From an uncultured Alphaproteobacteria bacterium (lineage in GTDB: Bacteria; Pseudomonadota; Alphaproteobacteria; RF32; CAG-239): a DNA stretch of 64,000 bases. The position numbers and the translations under genes were made by a program. The notes under the pieces were generated by a model that was not told the origin of the DNA, made no database searches, and saw only the letters and a list, made by a program, of their open reading frames with translations. Below, piece after piece: positions 10,574-20,482 of this stretch (positions within the stretch are counted from its first letter, which is position 1; every line of letters begins with the position of its first letter). Location of the stretch: the NCBI GenBank assembly GCA_944392255.1, contig CALXVY010000007.1, positions 921-64,920 on the forward strand, in the 5' to 3' direction.

Positions 10574-10690
10574 ATTTTTTTTAATTTAAAGTGCAGTATT
10601 GAGGCTATTCGATAAAACTATCTACCTGTTGCCACACGTGGCAAAATACTGCATAAATAATCGCCTCCACAATAATTTTTAATCACAAAG
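10574..10690 (-). promoter_or_regulatory. conserved structured 5' leader, copy 1
   Basis: A 79-nt core (10591-10669) is ~89% identical to 11240-11318. It has long-range helix GCAGUAUU/AAUACUGC and internal hairpin UUGCCAC..GUGGCAA. A TTGTTT-17-TACAAT promoter-like sequence lies just upstream on the minus strand. Confidence 0.4.
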
Positions 10691-10744
10691 ATATTGTAGC
10701 ATAAAAAAAGAGCCCAAACAAGGCCCTTTCCTTAAAACAAGGTG

Positions 10745-10957
10745 TTATTTTTTTATCACTATGATGATAATGATAATTACTAAAATAGTCCACCATCCAA
10801 AAACTGAATAGATTGATGATATACACCACCAAAGCAACAAACCAAGGGCTATAGCACATATTAAAATAAAGGCAACAGCTATCACTTTGATAAAAATAGC
10901 TGCAAGAATAATAAAAAGTATTATTCCAATTAATATTTCTATTCCTGTCATGTACAA
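10745..10957 (-). CDS. small hydrophobic protein (2 TM), paralog of 10997..11230
   Basis: 70 aa. It shares the S.I.S.FGWW motif with the upstream ORF and is followed by a hairpin plus T-run. Confidence 0.5.
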   Translation of the reverse strand: MYMTGIEILIGIILFIILAAIFIKVIAVAFILICAIALGLLLWWCISSIYSVFGWWTILVIIIIIIVIKK

Positions 10958-10996
10958 TTTATTTTAATAAAAACAAAGAAAGAAATTGATATTTTT

Positions 10997-11230
10997 TTAG
11001 CAGAACCTTCTGCAATATTTTATAGCCCAAAATATTAGAATAATGGTTAAGGCGGTAACAGCCCACCAACCAAAAAAACTGAATATTGCGCTAGCAGCAA
11101 GCCCTAATACATAAACACCCACAGTTACGCATACAAACAAAAGTATACTCGGACAAATTCTAAACAAAAGAATCAACAAAATACAAAAAAGTATTGATCC
11201 TAATATAATAAACACCCATTCCATATGCAA
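10997..11230 (-). CDS. small hydrophobic protein (2 TM)
   Basis: 77 aa, paralogous to the 70-aa ORF, and preceded by leader copy 2. Confidence 0.5.
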   Translation of the reverse strand: MHMEWVFIILGSILFCILLILLFRICPSILLFVCVTVGVYVLGLAASAIFSFFGWWAVTALTIILIFWAIKYCRRFC

Positions 11231-11339
11231 AAGTTTTAAGTGCAGTATTGAGGCTGTTCGATAAAATTATCTACCCGGTGCTACACGTAGCAAAATACCA
11301 CAAAAATAATCGCCTCCATAATAATTACTAAGTAGAAAC
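11231..11339 (-). promoter_or_regulatory. conserved structured 5' leader, copy 2
   Basis: Same architecture as copy 1. TTGCTA-17-TATATT promoter at 11340-11368 (minus strand). Confidence 0.4.
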
Positions 11340-11607
11340 AATATACAAAAAAAATGGCAATTTAGCAAGAAAGAAAATAAACGAAATACAGAAGAATGAA
11401 AAAGATAGCATTACACACATTTTATAATTTTTTTATGAGCGTAATAATAAGAAACCAGCAAAAATATAAGGTAGCGTATTAAAATGGGTATAATGAGGAA
11501 GATAGAGTGATTTAAGGAGCGAGAAAAATCCTAATGTACATAGAGGTACATGAATTTTTCGAGCCGACGCATAATCGCTCTAGATTTCCATTATACACAT
11601 TTTAAAT

Positions 11608-11928
11608 TTAGATTTGCATGTTGAAAATAGACTGATAAGCCTTTATCGCCGTATCGCGGAAAGCAACAACAGTATCAAGAGCAAGCTCTGCGTTGGAAAC
11701 GGCGAGAACAACATCTTGAGCACTAGCTCGGCCTTGAATGGCAGCAAGGGTTGTTTGCTCACTTTTTTTACCCAAATCCTGAGCTTCTTCAATGCTGGAT
11801 TTTACCATATCGGAAAAAGTGGAACCGGTAACTTGAACCGGAGCAGATTCTTTGACAGGAGTTTGCGCCCCTATTCTGCTGAGAGCGGCTTGATAAGCAT
11901 TGAGAGCACTTGAAATATTACTAACCAC
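11608..11928 (-). CDS. fliE: flagellar hook-basal body complex protein FliE
   Basis: 106 aa, GTG start with AAGGAG SD. The C-terminal conserved FliE region ends in FNMQI. Confidence 0.85.
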   Translation of the reverse strand: MVSNISSALNAYQAALSRIGAQTPVKESAPVQVTGSTFSDMVKSSIEEAQDLGKKSEQTTLAAIQGRASAQDVVLAVSNAELALDTVVAFRDTAIKAYQSIFNMQI

Positions 11929-11943
11929 GATTATAACTCCTTA

Positions 11944-12357
11944 TTACTTCAAAATATCCAAAACTTTAGAATTCATATCTCGCGCAGTTTGCACCATGGT
12001 AAGATTAGCCTCATAGGCACGTTGCGCTTCTTTCATATCCATCATCTCAACGAGTGTATTGACATTGGGCATGGAAACATAACCTTGCTCATCTGCTGCC
12101 GGATGATTGGGGGCATATTTTTTAACAAACGGCGATTGGTCTTGAACAACCTTATCCACTTTGACCATTTCAGCTCCGGTTTGTTTATCAACATAGTTTT
12201 TGAAAGTAACAACCTGACGACGATAAGGATCTTCTCCGGGTCGAATACCAACAGATTCGGCATTTGCCATATTTTCGGAAATAATCCGCAAACGCTCGCT
12301 TTGTGCTTTCATACCCGAAACGGCGATATCAGATGTTACAGACAAATCACTCATCAA
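11944..12357 (-). CDS. flgC: flagellar basal-body rod protein FlgC
   Basis: 137 aa with SGMKAQ..R...ISENMANA at the N-terminus and MVQTARDM near the C-terminus. Confidence 0.9.
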   Translation of the reverse strand: MMSDLSVTSDIAVSGMKAQSERLRIISENMANAESVGIRPGEDPYRRQVVTFKNYVDKQTGAEMVKVDKVVQDQSPFVKKYAPNHPAADEQGYVSMPNVNTLVEMMDMKEAQRAYEANLTMVQTARDMNSKVLDILK

Positions 12358-12369
12358 TTAAAAACTCCA

Positions 12370-12795
12370 TTACGCATTAATTTTTGTATTAGCAAGTTTA
12401 AGCATATCCATATATTTACCATAGATAGTAATCATACGATTATATTCACCGCTAGCTTTATTGGCTTGGTTAAGCTGGTCTTCAATAATGACGCCGTTGC
12501 CGTCAATCGTCAGTGGAGATGTTGGTTTTGGGGTATAGACCTCAAATTCACCATCATCAGATTTTTTCACGGCATTAGCATGGGTAAGATGCTTATCGTT
12601 TGTTGTCACCATTTCAAGTTTATGGGTTTGCTCAGCAGCCAACGCATTTTTGAAATCAGGCAAAGCCACGTCTTTAGCTAAATAATTTGGGGTAGTCGAG
12701 TTAGCCAGATTCTCAGAAATCACGCGTTCTTTAGCAGTTTGATAACGCATGTTTTTCTTAATCAAATCAACAACTTGCAGATTATTTAAATCCAT
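12370..12795 (-). CDS. flgB: flagellar basal-body rod protein FlgB
   Basis: ISENLANSTTPNY rod motif. The start is ambiguous (ATG at 12801 or 12795); GGGGA SD favours 12795. Confidence 0.8.
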   Translation of the reverse strand: MDLNNLQVVDLIKKNMRYQTAKERVISENLANSTTPNYLAKDVALPDFKNALAAEQTHKLEMVTTNDKHLTHANAVKKSDDGEFEVYTPKPTSPLTIDGNGVIIEDQLNQANKASGEYNRMITIYGKYMDMLKLANTKINA

Positions 12796-12930
12796 TTTCA
12801 TTCCCCAAACATTATGATTTTGTTTCCCATACAAAAATCTAATGCAAAAACCGTGCCTTAATTAAAAGTTCTTGCCAACTTTTCCCCAAAAGTATATACT
12901 TTTACAAGAACCAATAAAAAGGCAACACTT

Positions 12931-13254
12931 ATGTCTGAAGAAGATATTAACGAAAGATTAATAAATAGCAATCAAGAAAACAGCTTGTCCACAGATTATG
13001 CTGTCGCTTTGGGCTACGAGCCAAATAAAGACAAAGCCCCTAAAGTTTTGGCCAAAGGTCAAGGCCATGTTGCTCAGAAAATCATTCAGATTGCCATTGA
13101 TGAAGGCATTGAAATCCGCAAAGATGCCGATTTATTGCAAATTTTAAAAGCCGTGGATATTGATAGCGAAATCCCGATTGAAGCCTTTTCTGCCGTAGCC
13201 GAAATCATTTCTTATATTTACCAACAAAATGGCAAAGAAATCAGCAAAGATTAA
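12931..13254 (+). CDS. FlhB C-terminal-domain-like protein (EscU/YscU/HrcU family, stand-alone)
   Basis: 107 aa: AVALGYEPNKDKAPKVLAKGQG...IPIEAFSAVAEIISYIY matches the FlhB autocleavage/C-terminal domain pattern. Divergent from flgB. Confidence 0.8.
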   Translation: MSEEDINERLINSNQENSLSTDYAVALGYEPNKDKAPKVLAKGQGHVAQKIIQIAIDEGIEIRKDADLLQILKAVDIDSEIPIEAFSAVAEIISYIYQQNGKEISKD

Positions 13255-14474
13255 GCCAATTTTTCCATCACACAAATGAAAAATCCGTCTGTTTCCGTTG
13301 TGAGCGGAGATAATCTTAAATATTTTTCTGAATGATACGGATAAGGCGCATCTATCTTACTTTCCCAGAGTTTTTTGATATTAACGAGATGCATGGTTGG
13401 ATTGTTCTGCAAGAAAGCGGCGATAATCTCCTCGTTTTCTTCATTCAAAATTGAGCATGTAATATAGATGATTCGTCCGCCGACTTTGGTCTTTTCAAAT
13501 GCGGTTTGCAAAATGTCAATCTGAATGCGATTAAGCTTATCGACCATATTCTGATTAAGACGGAATTTAGCATCAGGAGAACGACGCCATGTACCTGTAC
13601 CTGAGCAAGGGGCATCTACGATAAAACGGTCAAAATTGTTATCTGAGGTTGCTACAAAATCCATCAACTCAATATTGTTGATATGTAAGCGCTCCATTCT
13701 GGGTTTAATCGCCATTAAGCGCTTTTTTTCAATATCATGCGCCATAATATGACCTTTATTTTGCAAAATATAAGCCATAGCCAAACTTTTGCCACCGGCA
13801 CCACAACAATAATCTATGATTTTGTGCTCAGGCTTCACGTCACACAAAATTGCGGCAATCTGTGAAGCCTCATCTTGTACCTCAATTTCGCCTTCTTGAT
13901 AAGCGATGCAATTGCCCAAGGGAATGCGTTTGAGCGAGCGGATTCCGTAAGGAGAATATGGTGTTGGCAACACTTCAAAACCTTCGGCTTTGAGTTTTTC
14001 CAAAACCCCTTCCCGATTTTTGACATTGATACGAAAATCTGCTTCTGCCGGCTCGTTTAAAGATTTGAGCAAACGCACATCTTGCACTTTTTTATAAAGC
14101 CATTCCGGTGTTTCGGATTCTACATAGGGTGGATAAACATCTTCATTATCTTCTTCAAGCCAAGCTTTCTCTTCGTCGGTCAATGCTGAAGGGCAATACT
14201 GTACACCACTGAAAATCTCATCAATATTTTCGCCTTTTTGTTTGAGATAGGTCAGCAAAATTTTGCGATATTCTTTGGAGCGCGCATCAAATTCCAACTT
14301 CATACGATTACGAATAATCGTCCAAACCGTATCGGTAATAAAACGTCTGTCTTTGGAGCCTATATATTTGCGAGCTTTCAAATAAGCATCAATAATTCCA
14401 TCTGCCGGTTTAAGGTCTTTGAATATTTCGCTGATAAGCTCCAAAACGGCTTGATAGCGCGCACCTTGTTGCAT
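13251..14474 (-). CDS. rsmB: RsmB/NOP2/Sun family RNA m5C methyltransferase
   Basis: 407 aa with a DYCCGAGGKS SAM motif and the DAPCSGTGTWRRSPD catalytic motif. Confidence 0.8.
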   Translation of the reverse strand: MQQGARYQAVLELISEIFKDLKPADGIIDAYLKARKYIGSKDRRFITDTVWTIIRNRMKLEFDARSKEYRKILLTYLKQKGENIDEIFSGVQYCPSALTDEEKAWLEEDNEDVYPPYVESETPEWLYKKVQDVRLLKSLNEPAEADFRINVKNREGVLEKLKAEGFEVLPTPYSPYGIRSLKRIPLGNCIAYQEGEIEVQDEASQIAAILCDVKPEHKIIDYCCGAGGKSLAMAYILQNKGHIMAHDIEKKRLMAIKPRMERLHINNIELMDFVATSDNNFDRFIVDAPCSGTGTWRRSPDAKFRLNQNMVDKLNRIQIDILQTAFEKTKVGGRIIYITCSILNEENEEIIAAFLQNNPTMHLVNIKKLWESKIDAPYPYHSEKYLRLSPLTTETDGFFICVMEKLA

Positions 14475-14485
14475 GAAAACAACTC

Positions 14486-14692
14486 CTATCTATCTTCCCA
14501 AAGTTCAAAACGAGGTTTGCCATTGGGAAGTTCATCTTCAAACATGGTTAAAGGACGTGCCCAAATTTGAGCTTTATTTTTAACATTGCAATAAATAACC
14601 AACTCTTCCTTGGTTTCGGTATGTGTTGCCACTTCCAAAACCAAATAGAGATTGCCTTTATAGTGCTTATAAATTTGCCCGCGATGAACCAT
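14486..14692 (-). CDS. DUF1653 family protein
   Basis: 68 aa: YKHYKGNLYLVLEVATHTET...IWARPLTMF is the typical DUF1653 pattern. Confidence 0.7.
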   Translation of the reverse strand: MVHRGQIYKHYKGNLYLVLEVATHTETKEELVIYCNVKNKAQIWARPLTMFEDELPNGKPRFELWEDR

Positions 14693-14697
14693 ATTTT

Positions 14698-15399
14698 TTA
14701 CTCCTGAATATCTTTTTTAAAACCGATAGCCACCAAATATTCCTCAGGCGATCCCTGACGGCTGGCATCAGGCTTGGCATGAGATACTTTTTTAAAGCGT
14801 TTTTTTATATCATTTAACAAACCAGCCTCGGCACCACCTTTGAAAACTTTGGCAATAAAAATACCATTTTCAGCCAAAACTTCTTTGGCAAATTCATAAG
14901 CAATTTCAACCAACGCAATCGTTCGCAAATGGTCTGTTTGTTGGTGTCCGGTCGTGTTGGCAGCCATATCACTCATCACAATATCTGCCTCGCCGTTCAA
15001 AAGTTCCTTCAATTTGTCGGCAGCTTCGGGTTCAGTAAAATCTTGGCAAATAAGTGTTGCCCCATTAATCGGTTCGGCTTCCAAAATATCAATACCCACA
15101 ACCTTGCCCGTTCCTTTGTTGCGTTCAACAGCAACTTGTGTCCAGCCACCGGGGGCGCACCCCAAATCAACAATAGTTTTACCCTTGCCTAGAAAATGAA
15201 ATTTTTCATCGAGCTGAATAAGCTTAAAAGCTGCACGAGAACGATATCCCAAACGTTTAGATTCGGCAACATAAGGATCATTAAGCTGACGTTCCAACCA
15301 ACGGTTAGATGATTTATCTCGATATTTTGCCGTTTTAACACGCACGGTCAGTTGGTGTCGACCGCGAATTTCCTTGGCTGATTTTGTTAACTTTACCAT
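14698..15399 (-). CDS. rlmE: 23S rRNA 2'-O-ribose methyltransferase RlmE (FtsJ)
   Basis: SSNRWLERQLNDPYV, YRSRAAFKL and DLGCAPGGWTQV motifs. Start set at MVKL (AGGAAA SD). Confidence 0.85.
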   Translation of the reverse strand: MVKLTKSAKEIRGRHQLTVRVKTAKYRDKSSNRWLERQLNDPYVAESKRLGYRSRAAFKLIQLDEKFHFLGKGKTIVDLGCAPGGWTQVAVERNKGTGKVVGIDILEAEPINGATLICQDFTEPEAADKLKELLNGEADIVMSDMAANTTGHQQTDHLRTIALVEIAYEFAKEVLAENGIFIAKVFKGGAEAGLLNDIKKRFKKVSHAKPDASRQGSPEEYLVAIGFKKDIQE

Positions 15400-16348
15400 T
15401 ATTTTTCCTATTATATTCATCAATAAGTTCGGAAACGATTCCGTCTTTAGCGCTCTTCAAAGAGGCTGTGATTTCTTTTGCCCCCAAACAATCATATATT
15501 GTTTTAAAAATAACGCAAGCAGCGGTAAAAATCGAGGAACGCTTTTGTCCGATATACAGGTTTTCCATCATTTGCTCTCGCGTTAATTTATAAACTTCGG
15601 CAATTTGTTCATCAATATCTTTACATTGAATAACATGTCCATCAGCCTTATCGCGGTCATATTTACCAAATTTTTCAATCATGGAAACATATCGCAAAGG
15701 CGTGCTTGATGTTGCCACAAAACAGACTTTATCTCTGATATCATCAAGTTTTGAATCTTTAACAAAATCATTAGCATAACGAGCAATTTCATCATGCAGT
15801 TTTTGTGCCTTTTGAGCATCATACTCTACCAAATCAAATGCTTCGGAAGAATTGCGTGCCCCCCAAGGAATAGAAATCGTATGGATGATTTTTGGATTTT
15901 TGGTATTGGTAGCCAAAGTAATTTCGGTAGAACCGCCACCTAAATCATACAAAACCACATATTCGGTTTTACCGCAAACATGCTCTAATGCACCTTTCAA
16001 ATTGAGGCGAGCTTCTTCATAACCATCGACCACCTCTATTTTTATCATTGATTCATGATAAACCTTATCAATAAACTCTTGTGAATTTTGAGCCATACGA
16101 CAAGACGCAGTTGCAATTGCTCTGGTTTTAACAATATGATATCTATCCATAATTTGCTTGAGTTTGTAAAAACATTCCAATCCACGGTTCATTGCCTCGG
16201 GAGTAAATTTCATATGTTCATACATACCCTCTCCCAGCTTAACCGAATAAGCCTCGCTAAACAAATATTTTTTATTCTGATTAGCAATCAAAAGTCGGCA
16301 AGAATTTGTACCTAAATCAATTGCTGCAAAACATTTATTTTTGCTCAT
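15335..16348 (-). CDS. Ppx/GppA family phosphatase, short form (paralog 2)
   Basis: AAIDLGTNSCRLL and DLGGGSTE actin-like ATPase motifs. Start set at MSKNK. The 3' end overlaps the rlmE start. Confidence 0.8.
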   Translation of the reverse strand: MSKNKCFAAIDLGTNSCRLLIANQNKKYLFSEAYSVKLGEGMYEHMKFTPEAMNRGLECFYKLKQIMDRYHIVKTRAIATASCRMAQNSQEFIDKVYHESMIKIEVVDGYEEARLNLKGALEHVCGKTEYVVLYDLGGGSTEITLATNTKNPKIIHTISIPWGARNSSEAFDLVEYDAQKAQKLHDEIARYANDFVKDSKLDDIRDKVCFVATSSTPLRYVSMIEKFGKYDRDKADGHVIQCKDIDEQIAEVYKLTREQMMENLYIGQKRSSIFTAACVIFKTIYDCLGAKEITASLKSAKDGIVSELIDEYNRKNNGKVNKISQGNSRSTPTDRAC

Positions 16349-17444
16349 TGTTATACTTCCTTCCCTTTCTAGCAAAAGGATAACGTCTTTTCTTGTTCAT
16401 TGGTTTGCGATTAGCATTTTGAGAATGCATCAAATCGAGTAAAATTCCTTCACGAATTCCCCTGTCTGCCACGGTAATTTCCGCAATTGGCCAAAAAGAA
16501 CAAAGAGCTTCAATAATTGCACATCCGGCCATGGTCAAATCTGCTTTTTGCGCACCGATACAAGCATGCTTTCGGCGTCCTTCATCGCCCATTCGTTTAA
16601 TTTTGGCAATTGCGCGTTCAATATCTTGTCTGCTGATAGACAAACCATCTACGGCTGAACGATTATAACGAGGCAAATTAAGATGAACAGCCCCCAAAAC
16701 CGTAACTGTTCCTGAAGTTCCGATAATTTGAATTTCTTGATTGCGAATAGCTTCGCTAATTTGATACTTTTCCTCAAACTCTGACAAAATTTTATGGGTT
16801 CTTTCAATAATGGTATCATAAGCCAAATCTGTCATTTCTTGTGCAGGAAAAGCCTCAGATATGGTTACCACACCGTAAGGAAGAGAGACAAAACCTTCAA
16901 TAAAAGTTTTGCCACTATTGGTAACTCTGGCCAAAGAAATTTCCGAAGAACCACCGCCAATATCAAACACTAAAGCACGTTTAATGCTCCGATTCAAAAG
17001 AGGAATACAACCAACCACGGCCAATCGAGATTCTTCTTTGGAAGAAATAATCTCAATATTTAGTCCGGTTTCTCTTTTAACCGCATCAATAAACTCTTTG
17101 CAGTTTACCGCGCGACGGCAAGCTGCGGTTGCCACATAGCGTCCTTTATAAATTGGCGCATACTCTGCCAATACACCGGCACAAACTTTTAGAGCACCTA
17201 TTGTGCGTTTAATCGCCGGATGGGAAAGTTCGTTATCTTTGATGATGCCTTCACCCAAACGAGTGATTCTAGAAAAAGTTTCCACAATTCTAAACGAACT
17301 GGGCGTTGGTGTGGCAATCACCAATCGACAAGAGTTTGTTCCCAAATCAATCGCCGCATAATTTTTGGGTTCCAAAAAAGATGGGCTATTTTTTCTATCG
17401 CTGTATGGCTTTATGTTATTTTGTTTTTTTCGCCATTTTTGCAT
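16335..17444 (-). CDS. Ppx/GppA family phosphatase, short form (paralog 1)
   Basis: AAIDLGTNSCRLVIA and FDIGGGSSE motifs, 369 aa. Confidence 0.8.
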   Translation of the reverse strand: MQKWRKKQNNIKPYSDRKNSPSFLEPKNYAAIDLGTNSCRLVIATPTPSSFRIVETFSRITRLGEGIIKDNELSHPAIKRTIGALKVCAGVLAEYAPIYKGRYVATAACRRAVNCKEFIDAVKRETGLNIEIISSKEESRLAVVGCIPLLNRSIKRALVFDIGGGSSEISLARVTNSGKTFIEGFVSLPYGVVTISEAFPAQEMTDLAYDTIIERTHKILSEFEEKYQISEAIRNQEIQIIGTSGTVTVLGAVHLNLPRYNRSAVDGLSISRQDIERAIAKIKRMGDEGRRKHACIGAQKADLTMAGCAIIEALCSFWPIAEITVADRGIREGILLDLMHSQNANRKPMNKKRRYPFARKGRKYNNEQK

Positions 17445-17536
17445 TAATTTTCAATTCATTAGTTAATTATAAAATACTATTGTCTTTATAATGTCCAATT
17501 TTTATGCTAAGAGCAAGTTTTTTTTATCATTTAAGC

Positions 17537-17566
17537 AAAAAAAATCGGGGACAATCCCCGATTTTG
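17537..17566 (-). terminator. intrinsic terminator after ccrM
   Basis: ATCGGGG..CCCCGAT stem followed by T8 on the minus strand. Confidence 0.6.
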
Positions 17567-17568
17567 AA

Positions 17569-18687
<1,119 letters not shown>

Positions 18688-18890
18688 TTAAATTATCTTA
18701 TGAGGACAGTATCGTAAAATTTGGTTATAAATTTATTAACATTGACAAAAAAATTTGACTTTTTTAAAAAATATTTTTTTATTTATGTAAAATCAATAAG
18801 ATAAATTTTATATACTTTCATTTTTAGACATTTTTTTCAGAATAAAATACAAAAAAAGCATTCCGAAGAATGCTTTTTTTTACCATATTA

Positions 18891-19442
18891 TTAAAATTTA
18901 GCAGAATATTTTGCATCATAAAGTTGAATACAAACATCTTCTGGCAAATCGTTGGGAACATGCACCTTTTCAGAAAGTTCAAGAGCATTTTCATTCATAT
19001 CTTCAAGCATCAATAATTGCTGTAACTGTACATATTGAAAACCAGAAAAACAATTCAGATGCAATACAAAGAAATCCAAAACCGTCTCTAAGAAGCAACT
19101 GGGTATGTTCGATAAACTTTCTAAAATAAGCATACATGAAAACCAAAGTTGCAAATCAACATTCTCATTTTCATCCAATTCAAAAGTCAAAAATCTCAAA
19201 CCTAATTCATTGCCTTTTTTATCAATATATTCTTCAATATCAGAAACATATTCTAAAATATTATTTGAATTCACTCGAAACCAAATTTCCCCCTCATCAA
19301 CAGAGCGAATAATATTTAGCTGCGCATCAATCACTTTTGGGCAATAACCATGTTTGAGATAAACAAGCAATTCGACAAAGTTGTTGACAATAAAATAAAT
19401 TCTTGCCACTTCTGCTAAAAAATCTTCTTTTTTCATAAGCAC
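18891..19442 (-). CDS. hypothetical acidic protein
   Basis: 183-aa ORF with its own terminator (18851-18880), inserted between ccrM and rnhB. No recognisable motif. Confidence 0.5.
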   Translation of the reverse strand: MLMKKEDFLAEVARIYFIVNNFVELLVYLKHGYCPKVIDAQLNIIRSVDEGEIWFRVNSNNILEYVSDIEEYIDKKGNELGLRFLTFELDENENVDLQLWFSCMLILESLSNIPSCFLETVLDFFVLHLNCFSGFQYVQLQQLLMLEDMNENALELSEKVHVPNDLPEDVCIQLYDAKYSAKF

Positions 19443-19511
19443 AATTTTTAAAAGATTAATAATTTTTCATTGAAACCACAAATATAAAAAAATAAGCGTT
19501 TTGTCAAACGC

Positions 19512-20132
19512 TTATTTCATAAATTCCTGTATTGGCTTATAAGATTTTCGATGTTCACAACATATGCCGTGTTCCTTCAATCCATCTATATGAAGCTTTG
19601 TTCCATAACCGGCATTTTTTTCAAAACCATAATAAGGATATTTTTCTGCCAAATTTTGCATCAAATGGTCTCGATAAACCTTGGCCACAATTGATGCTGC
19701 CGAAACTGACATTGATAAGGCATCTCCTTTAATAATAGTCTGAGTAGCACAAGGAAAATCTTTTGGGGTTCTGTTACCATCAATTAATGCAAACTTTGGA
19801 TGCTTATCCAATTTTTGATAAGCACGCTTCATTGCCAAAAAAGTTGCTTGCAAAATGTTCAAAGCATCAATTTCTTGCGCACTGGCTTCACCAATCCCGA
19901 TAGAAACATTTCCCTTGGCCTGCTCTTCTTGTAACAAAGCATAAAGTTTTTCACGTTTTTTGGCTGAAAGTTTTTTCGAATCATTCAACTCATGCAAAAG
20001 TTCAGCACTCTCGTTACGATTATGAAAAACAACGGCACCGGCAACAACCGGACCAGCCCAAGGTCCCCGCCCTGCTTCATCAATTCCGACAACTTCTTCG
20101 GTATATTTATCTTCAAAAGAAAAATCTGGCAT
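19512..20132 (-). CDS. rnhB: ribonuclease HII
   Basis: GIDEAGRGPWAGPVV and DSKKLS motifs. Confidence 0.9.
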   Translation of the reverse strand: MPDFSFEDKYTEEVVGIDEAGRGPWAGPVVAGAVVFHNRNESAELLHELNDSKKLSAKKREKLYALLQEEQAKGNVSIGIGEASAQEIDALNILQATFLAMKRAYQKLDKHPKFALIDGNRTPKDFPCATQTIIKGDALSMSVSAASIVAKVYRDHLMQNLAEKYPYYGFEKNAGYGTKLHIDGLKEHGICCEHRKSYKPIQEFMK

Positions 20133-20142
20133 ATTTTTTCAA

Positions 20143-20475
20143 TCATCTTGTACAAGGAACCGTTGGCGGTATACATCTTCCATTGCAATCATATAAAAGC
20201 TGATTCGGCGGACATACACATTTTTGATTAATGCATACTTTACCTCCTGTACAGGACGGATTACAACGTGTTGCCTCTGGACATCCCCAACATAAAACAT
20301 TTTTATACACCACTTTTGTCGGACTTTTGCACATTGAAGGGAAAGAAGCCGTACGCCCAATTTCCCAACAAATTTTATCAAATTGACGCATCTGTCCCTT
20401 AAGAGTACTGGTATTCACCAAAGCATGAGCTTCAAATGATAACAATATGCAAAAGACCGATAAAAGTTTTAACAT
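20143..20475 (-). CDS. secreted cysteine-rich small protein
   Basis: 110 aa. Signal peptide MLKLLSVFCILLSFEAHA; the mature part has 12 Cys. AGGAAG SD. Confidence 0.6.
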   Translation of the reverse strand: MLKLLSVFCILLSFEAHALVNTSTLKGQMRQFDKICWEIGRTASFPSMCKSPTKVVYKNVLCWGCPEATRCNPSCTGGKVCINQKCVCPPNQLLYDCNGRCIPPTVPCTR

Positions 20476-20482
20476 GTTCTTC

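Noticed and set aside
11989-12681. 230-aa plus-strand ORF spanning flgC and flgB
   Set aside because: It is fully antisense to two well-supported flagellar rod genes, has no SD and has an implausible composition.
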